Source: Phallusia mammillata
Taxonomy: Eukaryota
Length of the DNA stretch: 64,000 nt
Direction of reading: 5' to 3'
Assembly: GCA_965637545.1 (NCBI GenBank)
Contig: OZ281495.1
Location: forward strand, 21,824,001-21,888,000
Made by a program: the position numbers and the translations under genes. Numbering within the stretch: position 1 is the first letter of the stretch; every line of letters starts with the position of its first letter. Below the pieces are notes generated by a model. The model was given only the letters and a program-made list of their open reading frames with translations, was not told the origin of the DNA and did no database searches. This document shows, one piece after another, positions 9,362-20,733 of the stretch.

Positions 9362-12300
9362 ATGGAACCATTACGGGAATACGTTTTGACAAAAAGTAAA
9401 GCATATTATTCATCGCCTACAAGCAAAACCATAGCAAAAGATCGGAGCAGACGGAATGCTTTGACCCTCTTACCTCCAGATGACAGAAATAGTTTTGAGG
9501 AAAATGCTCAAAAGATTCAAGCTGTCTGCACATGGTTTCAAAGCTGGCAGGCATGGCAACAAAGAATTCTTTTTTCTGGTCTGATTCATCGCCTAACTAA
9601 ATCTCAATTGCGTAGTGTTAGCATGGCAGTTGAATCCATATTTCACAGGGACTTCATTGCAAGTTACAAGGAAGTTTACCCAATGAAAAAAGTTAAAGCA
9701 GGTCAAAGATTTACCTCAACCACTAACACTTTGCGCACAACCTTTGAAGCGTCAATTAGTCCTGACAAACTTTCCAAGTGTGTGGAAGGTGAGTCAAATG
9801 ATATGATTGATAAACAAACAGCTTCAAGTCCAATATCACTGTCAGTAAAACAAAATGTCAGTAGTGACAAACCTCCATTGCATCGGGCAGTATCAAAGAA
9901 AATTGACAGAACCATTAATGAAGACTTTGATCAAATTTCAACTAGCCTTAAAAACTTGTCCGCTGTTAATGAACAAAATCATGCTTCACCGAATGCAAAT
10001 GTTCATCTTTCTGTTGCCAAATCCAGTTTGGGTGCACATGCCGTTGTTAAAAATGAAAGCAAAATCTTATCCAATACTTCAGTGGCATCTATTCACTCTG
10101 TTGCACCAAGTTTATCTCCTATTGAAGAGGTCAACCCAGAGACAATATTCTTACCCGGAACTGAAGAGAAATCGACTGTAAAAACACCTGCTCATAATAA
10201 TACATTGTCAAGAGCAAAACAACATCAATCTGAAACATGTCAAAGGTGAAAACAACTCAATATATGTATATTTAAAAAAATCAAATATAAAACACAATTA
10301 AAATTCTTTATGAAAGCAAAACATCTGAACTGACCATTTTTGTTTTGTTTGCTAGCAACAAAAATCTAGAACAAATATCACGACCCGAATCTACTACATC
10401 TTTATGGACAATGGGCCCTGCTGATTCTGTTAATGAAGAATTTGATTATCAGAGTCATGTTACTCCCCTGGATGTCAATCTCGGTGACTTCTTTGGTCAT
10501 GATGGGAAACCGAAACACCTTGGTGGATTCATGACCAGCCAAAGCAAAGCAGGAAGTGAATTTCTGCACAGGTAGTACACAAAAATTGTGATTGGAATAA
10601 ACTATATAACAGGGGTGGCCAAACTGCGGCTCCCGAGCCGCATGCGGCTCATTGAGCCTTTGATTGTGGCTCTTTGATGCTGCACATGCATTCCCCATCT
10701 TGCAGTTGTTTGACCAGATGATAAAACAATGCATTCTATCACATATTAACAATAGACTGACTGTTTGTCATAACCAATGTACATTCCGAAAACCAACCGA
10801 AAAGCACAGAAGCGTGTTAGATTGTGCATTGTAGTCAAATATATTTTTAGATTTAAGCTGTAAGTCAAGGCAGACATTAAACACATTTTACATTTGTATT
10901 GCAACTTTCCCATCATATCATCCTAATTTCAAACACCTTGCAGCCCAGATGGAGACACACAGTATCACCATACAACAGTGGTTCTCAAAGTATGGGTCAC
11001 GACCCAAACATGGGTCGCGCAGGGTCAAAAAATGGGTCGCGCTATAGTGATTCAATTCTGAACAAACTATTACTGCATTAAGTAAACACAAACAAACTTA
11101 CTTAATGCAGTAGCAAAGTCAACTCACTCGACCACGTTGTACAGTAAAATGAACCAATCATTACCATATACAGACGACAATAGGCTTCCAACTTTACTGT
11201 CACGCACATGGCGATTGTAACGTAGTAACACGGGGAATAATAGGACAAGTATTCGTACAAGGAAACATGTTTAGATTTGGGATTCACTTCTATCAACGAT
11301 CATGCTGCAAAGCCACGATGTGTGTTGTGTTATGTAGTGTTGTCGAACGAATCGACCTCGTTAAGCCTGCAGCCATTTTGGCATGCTATGCTGCGACGAC
11401 GTGGCCTCGAAATTGCAGTCCGTTTCGTTGTCGAACAGGACAGTTAAAAGTCGAATCACAGACCTTTTACTTAATATAAATATTAAGTGGTCTCTTGAAT
11501 GAAAAATAGAGCCGTGCATTGAAGATTTATGAAGGAAAAATTTCAATTTAATGAAACACGCTACGATAAATCAATCATTGTTTCATAGTACTGTGTACTA
11601 CAACTGGCTGTCTGCGTCTTTTTTCATGCATATCAGAAGAAAATACATTATTTGATGTTTGAAGCTTGGGTCGTGAGATGTTCATATAACTCAGATTTGG
11701 GTCGCGGTCAAAAAAGTTTGAGAACCACTGCCATACAACAATAATCATTATTTGAGAGCATACACTTCGTTGTGAGTGAATAAATTCGTTTTTTGATTTT
11801 TTTGTGTTGCGGCTCTTTTAAAACTAAGTTATGTGACATGCAGCTCGAGCGTGAAGCAGGTCTGGCCATCCCTGCTATATAATGTGTACATTTTTTTATG
11901 CATAGATTAGATCATCAAAGAAACAAAATCCCGCTTCCCACATCTACTCAACTTTACAAACCCTCAAAACTATGGTCCTCTGAAAAAGCTCAAGTACCTG
12001 CTAAAACCAATCAGTTAAAAGAAGGCTTTCGGCAGCAATTGACCCAAATATGGAATGTACGAATGTTTACTACTGACATTTTAAGTATGACACTAATATG
12101 TTATTGTTATACAGTGGGCCACAAATTGGCAGGAACACATTTATGTTCGATTATTACTACAATTATTTAAATACAGTGATGGTTCATTTGAGAAATTTGT
12201 GGCAGACTGCATCAAGGAAAGGATAAATGAAGGTATGCGCTCACAATATTGAACTTAACTTCTGTAATTTAATATTTTATGTTTTACAGCAAATCTTGGA

Positions 12301-15300
12301 GAAATTAATGCCCAGCTTCTTCCTGACCAATTCTGGGTGAATGTTTTTGAATACCTTACACTCATTGACCTGTTGGCTGCTGGCCTTGTCTGTAAAAGAT
12401 GGTGTGCTTTGGTTAACAGTGATGCATTGTGGAAAAACAAATGTGAAGAAATTGGTAGGAAGCTGTTATTCCGGGATGTAATTTGCTTTATAATAACCAG
12501 GATGTCTATTATTTTCAGGGAAAATGTACAGCATTCCACATTTGACCAAACTAATTGAGCAAACAGCTGCACACAATGAAACCCTAGATTGGAGGCAGGC
12601 CTACATCGAACTTCATCAGAGGTTTCATTTCAATGCTGACAAAATTGCGGCAGCAGTTCCCAAAACAGGAGAATCAAAAGAAGGTATTCATTTCTGCACT
12701 GTTGCAGAAAATAATCCCAAATGTTTATCTAAATCATAAATTTGCATGACGCCACCCAAGTTTGCCTTCAAAGTCATAAATGTATGTAGTACCATTCACA
12801 TGATTTGAAATCTACTTTTGTCATCAAGCAGCTTTCCAAAACCCACCCACTAAATTATTGTAATAACTCTTTCACTATCCATTTACATAACATCTTGGAA
12901 AATTATCACTTTTATTTATTCAAGAAACAAAGTCATCTGTGGAAACTGACACTCCGTGGAGTTTGACAGAAAAATACAAAGGCTACACTTCATATTCAAA
13001 GTTGAAAAATACTGCTGCTGCCACAAAAAAGAAATGCAAGATACCAAATGTCATTATCTTAAATTTTAAACTTGTTTAAAGTTTTTGTTGTTTTATTTTA
13101 GTTCTACCATCAAAGCAAAAATTTGGAAGGTATCTAGGTAAGTTTTTTTTTTTGTAAATCTACTTGTACTTAATTTTTCTTTTATTTAAAAACATCCATT
13201 TTCCTGTATGGGGTAACAGAAGAAGTAGACCTTGAGGAGACAGCAGATACTGTGGAGGCAAATAAAAAATTAATACCAGTTTCTCCAGCTATTTTACCAC
13301 CTAAAGATAACCCTGCGGGTGGTGGATTTCTTGAAATGTGGAAAAATATAAAAGAAGGTCGAGGCTGGGGTGGTGTAGCTGCTTGACATAGCAATGTTAG
13401 AGTTCATAGTTGCTGTAGTGCCTTTAGCAAAGGTTGTTAGAACATGTGAGTGTGTGCCATTTGTTTTGCGTTTATTGGATATTTGAATATTTTTTCCTGT
13501 AATTTATTTGTAGATTGGGCACTGCATGTTGTGTTTTCTCAGTCTTGATTTGTTTTTTCCCCCAGTCTGTGGTTTTCCTGTGAAATGTGAATGTTTTTAA
13601 ATATCACTTTTTGTAAAACTTCCTATAGCCTGTACAGAAATACTTTAACCTTCACATAGACAACTTATAGCCAAATCGAGATAGTTTTTACGTGGTAAAC
13701 TCACCCAATCCTACATTATTTACTGCAACATTATTAACCAAAGTTACTGAGGTTTTGATATGCCACCAGAACTTCCAACAAACGACATAGAATCAGTATC
13801 AAGGCGCAGCGACCGTTGCTTTGACGTTGATGTGTATGATGAGCTTTTTTCCGAGGAGGAGGCAGAGAGTATGGCCAAAAGAAACGAGTTCTTTTGTGTC
13901 GACTACAGATTACCGCAGGATAATCGTGATAGGTAACAACATTAAGACGGTAAAACATATAGTTTTGCAATATACGTTCTCTTCGCTACACCATACAGAA
14001 TAAATGTTAACAAAACAACTTTTATTCGTTTGCTATGTTTACTTGAACTCGGTAAAGTATCGATTGTTTTGCAGGGTTTGGTTGGTCAATAGTGTCATAC
14101 ATCCAGTGCGAAGAGTGCAAATTCTTGAAGTAAGGAGTATAAAGAAGTCTATGTGTTCGACAACACAATTAAAAAAACATAATAAATTGATTAGGCCCAC
14201 CGTGGACCAGTTACTTGCGTGATGTGCAAAGGGAAACGGATTTTTTCGGGCGGACTTGACAGAAGAATACGAATTTGGTCCGACACCGGAGAGTGTTTTA
14301 TGAAGATGGAAGACTGCCTTAAAGGTATATAAGAGCCATCAATCTTATTTGGCGACACTTACAACTGTGTTTTCTTCCACCAAATAGGATAAATTCAATT
14401 TAGAATGTAAAATATAATTATAATTTAGCAATACATATATCACCACGTGTCACACCTGATAGAGTCAACTTTGTCTGTGTTATGTGTAACATAGTACGTA
14501 CGATTAAAAGTAAAGCTAAATTCAGTGCTAGTGTGTATTTGAGGATTAAACCATCATCACTGTATCCACTTATTTTTTGCTTGTTGTAGGTAGCGTTTTG
14601 GGTATTGGTGTGATGTCCAGTGCAAAGTGCCGAAAGCTGTATGCTGCATCGTGGGACACCAGCGTCTCAGTGTGGGACAGCGTTACTGGAAAGCAAATAC
14701 AGTGTTTGGATGACCACACGGATACAGTGTCAGCTGTAGCAGTGGATACTAAATACATGTACGAAACATTGTTTTTATCCAACATGTTTGGATTTGGAAT
14801 GCTAGATCAGAGGTCGCCAGGCATTTTCTCTCGTTTACTCCTTTGCAGATATATAACTTTTCTCGAAGTTTTAAAAACCGTTTTCCCAAACAATCGTGCT
14901 GATATTTACTCCCAGAACAATAAAAACCTACCGTATTTACCATAAATAGTTCACAAATCAATAAATTCTCTTCGTTTTCTTGGCATTGAATGGTAGGGGA
15001 TGAACGTGTTTTCGCATAACGCTAATGCGTTTTTTTGTAGTGTATCGTGTTCGCACGACGGCACAATAAGGGTTTGGGATGTTATCACGTACCAATGCGT
15101 AAGAGTTCTTGATCATCATCAAGGGGCGGTCCACTGTCTTTCCTACGAAGATGCATTAATCATCACTGGTGGAGCAGACAAGTATTTTTTACGTTTTTGT
15201 GCACGCAATTCACTATAACTGTCATTATCTGCTAACTAAAGCATACATGTGAATTATAATAGGGTTGTTTAAGCAGTTTTCCGGTACAGTATATTGTTCT

Positions 15301-17020
15301 CGTAAAAATGGATGGGATCGTGTAAATACGCAAGAACTTTTGATTTTTTTAACCACCCATTTTGGGGTGTTTGGGGGATTCGATAATAGAGGGTGAGAAG
15401 TTTGTAATGTTGCGCCTTAACCAAACGGAGGCAAAATGGTGTGCTTGCCCTGGAATGTTTTGACTCTGACAGATTTTAAAGTCGTTTTTTGGCGCAGGTA
15501 TTGGCGAAACTGGCAAGAGGTTATGTTCCCCCGCCAAAAAACTACATATGTATTTTTCCCGCCGTTTGGCAAATGCTAACTTACAACCGAATCGACATAA
15601 CTTTTTGAAAAACATCAACGTTTTTTTGATGTGCCAAAATTGCATGGAAGGTTTCAAAATGTTAATTTAAGCAATAATCTTATTTCTTATGTAGGTTGGT
15701 GTTTGTGTCCGACCCAGACACGGGATGTGTGCTGAAAACTTTTCACGGACATACATCACCGATCAATGCGATTCAGGTATCAGCAGTTTAATTGCGGCTT
15801 GTATTTTTTCATACAAAGTTAATTTACTTAAGTGGGAATTTTGTTTTGAAAATTGCAATTATTTGCTAACATACTGATTTATTGTTATAGCGACAGCAGA
15901 GCCTTATTGTCACCGGAGACCTCGGCGGCTACGTGATATTTTGGTCGCTAAGTGGCGATGAAGGGCTAATGGAGTTGGTGAAAGCCCATGACAAGCAAAT
16001 TAATCAGATCGCATTTCACGGAGGAAGATTCTTTACTGCCTCTCAGTAAGAAACCACGTAGATAACTTGCTTGGCTTATCCTTGTTTTTAAATAAGTTTT
16101 TTTAACGGCATAACTTTACATTTGTGTTTGATAAAGCGACAAAACAATCAAGGAATGGGAATTGATGACAATGACATGCGTCCGTGTCATGCAGGGTCAC
16201 ATGGCACCAGTTACCGGAGTTCAGGTAAACACAAATTTATGTAATGGTTTTAATACATAATTATATATGTGGTGCGTCAAGTATTGAAGTCTCGGTCTGG
16301 CATTACAACAGCTACTGTTCCCTGAAATAAAATAAAAAATGCCGCCATGCGAAAAACCGTGAAGGCGTAGTGAACAATTATACAGACAGTTATGTTGCAT
16401 TATGTGTTTGTTTTATACCACAAAGGGGCTTTGAAAAAACATTAAGTTTCTTACGTAGAGTTGGAATATAAAGTATCTTGTTAAATCAATAATTTTAATC
16501 AGTGGTAGGATTCAATTTTTTTGTCAGCCGGTTCTGTTACAAAAAGTCCATGGACAGTAACCATTAGTGCTAACCGGTTCGCTGATCTGATAAAATTTCG
16601 TAAGACGTTTCCATAGAACCGGTGCGAATCGGCTAAATCCGGCCACTGGTTTTAACTCTGTCGAACTGTACTGAAGTGCAAAACCTAAATTTATTTGGGG
16701 TGCCATGGAAACTCACCGGTCCAGGGGTTGCCGAGTGTACTGCAGTATGGAGAATGTCGCATATGCCCCAAAATTATATTTTGCATGTAAATGCGGTATA
16801 GACGATACATGTGTTACTTTGTACTTTAAAAGGGTCCAGTATGGAACCGCCAGTGACAACATACTTGTTTAGGTCACTGTAACTTCTTTTTTTTACTAAA
16901 TCGGTTTGTTTCTTGCTCTTTACACAGTTCACCGACCGATACCTCGTGAGTTGTAGCAAGGACGCCACTATTCGTCTTTGGTGGTGGGGAAGCGATGATG
17001 ACGACGAAATGAACCAATGA
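9362..17020 (+). CDS. F-box/WD40-repeat protein (FBXW-like; D-domain-like helices, F-box, 7 WD40 repeats), 982 aa if spliced as one ORF
   Basis: Frame-consistent exons: 9362-10245, 10356-10571, 11906-12056, 12115-12232, 12290-12454 (F-box LLPDQFWVNVFEYLTLIDLLAAGLVCKRW), 12519-12683, 13102-13137, 13220-13357, 13770-13932, 14075-14129, 14195-14324, 14590-14758, 15041-15181, 15695-15776, 15891-16045, 16137-16224, 16928-17020 (2949 nt). The donor at 13358 (GTCGAG) is poor, so the locus may instead be two ORFs (9362-13386 and 13760-17020). Confidence 0.75.
10610..11874. mobile_element. hAT MITE (about 500 bp core) in F-box intron 2, interrupted by a second MITE
   Basis: TIRs CAGGGGTGGCCAAAC and GTCTGGCCATCCCTG match 13/15. 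Perfect TSD CTATATAA (10602-10609 / 11875-11882). Subterminal GCGGCTC motifs. Confidence 0.88.
10976..11730. mobile_element. hAT (Charlie/Buster-like) MITE (755 bp) nested in the previous element
   Basis: Perfect 14-bp TIR CAGTGGTTCTCAAA. Perfect TSD CCATACAA (10968-10975 / 11731-11738). Subterminal TGGGTCGCG motifs at both ends. Confidence 0.93.
16500..16648. mobile_element. Short hAT MITE (149 bp) in the last WD40 intron
   Basis: TIRs CAGTGGTAGGATTCA and TAAATCCGGCCACTG match 12/15. Flanks ATTTTAAT and GTTTTAAC match 6/8. Internal ACCGGTTC motifs. Confidence 0.65.
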
Positions 17021-19255
17021 GTGCAAGAACATTTTCGCGACTGTGCCAATTTACATATAACGAGCATTTTACCTGTTTTGTCGTTTCCTGTTGTTACCTA
17101 AAAACGTTACTTTGTCGTATTTTCGTGTGAATTATTTTGTCGTAAAATGATCACTGTAAAATGCCATCGCACGCAAATTGAGAATGACAATAGTCCTTTA
17201 GGGAACCATAAGTCAATTTTCGCTTAATAACACCGTTCGCTGTTAAATATTTCTGGTCGTAAACTTTACGGCAATTCGTCGCAGACCGTTTGAAGCAACC
17301 CTATATTTCATCGTTTCAATCCAGGTTGTTATCGGCAATTGCCCCATCCTTCAGTCATTTTTTACCTTCTCAGAATTATTTATTCCTGATGCATTACCGA
17401 TGTATACAGAATGCATTTAGATGATTCAATAACATATAATTTTAACAAATGTCCTAAATTTGATGTAAAGTCTGTGGAGAAATCCTCTGCAACCATGTCA
17501 CATGAGTTTCAGCTCAAATCAACTTCAGTGTTCAATCAAGGCTACAATATACGCCAATGACCTATTTTGGGCTCTGTTTTGGCAAGAGAGTCATAACCCT
17601 CGTGATAACGAATTTACTGCCTAAAAGTGTATTGGTTTTAGATATTAAAGTTTTATTCTTTACACATAACTACTTACATAATCCCACGAGACTTCTTTGT
17701 TCCTTGAGGATAAAGACAATTAAACGGCTGTTGATTGATCCTGCGTAGACTGGGACGTAAAAGATCTGTAGAACTCATAACGTGGCGGGTGGTTTGCCCT
17801 TTCTTCCACCAAACAAACAAATGGAGAATGATCCAATGCTTTATTTTCACCTTGTTACCATTTCAATAAAACATTTAGTTGTGTTTTGGTAGCCTACATT
17901 ATTTTCATCAGCGTTTAGTAAGAAGTAGCATTTATTACGGCCAAGGTGTTTGTGTGCATTATAAGACAGGCCTACTAGATCCCTGGAAACAAACTGTACA
18001 GCAGTGAGTGAATTTGCTATACTCAGTCAGATTTTAATAGGCTATTTGTGCTGAAGGTTACTTTAGTGACTAACCAGAAGACAAGGTTGTTTTGGCGTGT
18101 CAGACTTGGCCTGATATATTTTATCAGTGGCAGCTCGTAAAAGAAACTGTGAAATGTGGTAATAAAACATGTTTAACTAACTTACCTCCCTCTAAGAATT
18201 TTCAAACCACGATCGGTTACAGAGAGAATTTTTTATAAACGAACAATGGCAATCTGAACAGTTGCAAGTTGCCTAAAACGCGTGGGCTGTCCGAAATGAA
18301 ATTTCTGTAAAGTTTTAAGTAGAAAATGTCGTGAGTGGCAACTTTATTTTGCTATTTATTAACAATAGAGCTTACGTGGGTTATATATCAAACAAAATGC
18401 CCTTTATTGCACAAAATATCCAACAAAATCCCATCTTAGTAGGGTGGAGTCTCCTACCAGGATAGCGACGCATGCGTGGGTGAAAAATAACCAAATATAC
18501 TAGTTACCTTGAGAAAGACCTCTTCAGAGTCGTGTGCCGCCTTGTTGACGGCGAGGCGGACGAAACAACGCCTTTGTTCTCATATTAACAATTCAAGGGA
18601 ACAATTGCGTACAGGACCGAACCGACTGGACCACCAGCGGCCTTGATTCGGTGACATCACGGATAAACGTGGCTTGTTTTGTGACGAACTCGGATAGCGT
18701 GCGAGGTCGTCCTGGATGCGAGGTGCTCGAAATTTTATTGGTGGCTAAATCTCGGCAAGTGGCATAAAACATCCTTGTAGTGGGAAACGCGCTCAAGCAT
18801 ACGTACGCTATTTCCCGTAATAGGTTTGAGGTTGTCTGAAACATCGCGGCGTGGGGGAAAAGTGTTTACACGCGATGGAAATTTTTGTTTCGGTGTGAGC
18901 CGCGGTTTCAACCAAGCTGCAATCCGGTGTTTAAACACGCATTAATGTTTCTCCTCAAACGAATTTTGCGCTCGTGGTTGCTTGTTCGTGAAGATAAAAT
19001 TATGTTTACTTTACAATATATGTCACAATTATGTAGCTTTAAGTAAACAACCTGTTGCGTTTAAGTATTTTGCTGAGTCAGACAAACATGTGTAAAGGGA
19101 TAAATCGAAATATAAAGCATGCTTTATCAATAAAGCATGTCTACGTCGACTTGCAAAGAAACACAAAACATTTCCTAAGCAATTTTTAAATTTTATATTA
19201 TTTTAAACCTATAGCAAAAACGTCAAAAATCTTTTTTGTGATCAAATACCTAGAG

Positions 19256-19621
19256 CAGTGGTTCCCAACGCCCCCCAGGGGGGCCACGAGCTGTGTTCTG
19301 GGGGGCCACATGAGTATATTCACCAGAAACACCCACAAAAAGCCATTTTCTTTTTGTAATGTGCATGTTGCAAAATAACTTTTTTCCTAATTTAATCGAC
19401 TATTTCACACACTATTTGCCTATATTAAGGTTTTTCACGATTACGGATTCTTTTTTACTCTATTCGATCTGTGTAAAGCCGAAATTAGTACCGAATTCAA
19501 ACACGGGTTGTCATTTCATTTTTTAAGGGGGCCACAGGACTTACAGGATTACTTGAAGGGGCCACAAGGTCAAAAAGTTACGTGTAGGGGGGCATGGTCC
19601 ACGTAAGGTTGGGAACCACGG
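19256..19621. mobile_element. hAT (Charlie/Buster-like) MITE (366 bp)
   Basis: TIRs CAGTGGTTCCCAAC and GTTGGGAACCACGG match 13/14. Flanks ACCTAGAG and ATCTAGAG match 7/8. Repeated GGGGCCAC subterminal motifs. Confidence 0.85.
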
Positions 19622-20718
19622 ATCTAGAGCTTTTAAGAGGGGGCGCAATGGCGGCACTATGCGGAAAAGTAGAATTCGGCAAAACATGTAGTTATTTGAA
19701 CCCAACAAACAGTGCTCGTTCCAGATGGCACAAAAAGGACTATGCAAGTTGCGTAACCCTTGCACAAGTGAACACAGCAAACAGGCCCAGGAACAGCAGA
19801 CCGGAAGGCGCTATCGCTATTGGGACAAACACAGGAAGTAGATGCTTGCTTTATAAATGACATACCGGCCCTTTTCAAACGAAAAATTTCGTTTTAAATA
19901 TATCTTGACACGATAAAACACTTTAAATTGGTATACAAGTCCCCACCCATGTGCTGGAACACGTTTAGTAGGAAATGGGCAGCACAAATAATGCAAGTTG
20001 ATAAATTTGGCCAGTTGTTTAGCAACAAAATTTAACAAGCAATCGTTGGCCCAAGGACAATTCTGCCATCAAAAATCAGTTCCATCAAAAATCAGCCTGG
20101 AAAAATCATTTGCTTACAAAAAAATCGTTCTCTAAACCATTTAAATGTGATCAAAAACACTAATTACATGCTTTTAGGGCCCCGTTGTGGACTTAACAGA
20201 TTTATAGCAAATGATCGAAACCACCAAAAAGCGAAAATAACCTTTTACTAATGAGCTTCGAAAAAGAGAGTTGAAGGATGACGCCAGTTTTATGGAGGCG
20301 CAATGAGATCGCGGAAGCGACACAATGGACGCTATTCACCTCGCTTATGATTTCAGTAACTATGTGGGCTTTGGGGGTTTGTTCAACGAACGCGTGGCCA
20401 TTGCACGTTCTATGGGAAATGTCGGAATCCCGGTAGTTTTGCAAATAAACTGGGCTTACAAGCCCGGCGGTCGGATATGCACAAGTTGACTCGACAAATA
20501 TCAACCACTCGCTCGTCTGTAGACGATTAAGGTCGTACAGGCGCCCGTCAATTAATCACTGCACATTCACTCGTGCCTTCCCTCCGGATCACGACAATGC
20601 ACAATTGCGATTTTCAGACAAGTGTTTGTTGATTCTAGCAGAATAGAACAAGCACGATGATAACTTTGGCGCCCGTGTCGCTTTGATTAAACAAGACTAG
20701 GAGACGCTGTGCTCGCGC

Positions 20719-20733
20719 TTCTATTTGAATAAG
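20719..20733 (+). other. Spliced-leader-exon-like 15-mer
   Basis: TTCTATTTGAATAAG equals positions 2-16 of the Ciona SL exon ATTCTATTTGAATAAG (recalled from the literature). It is followed by GC, not by a GT donor. Confidence 0.3.
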
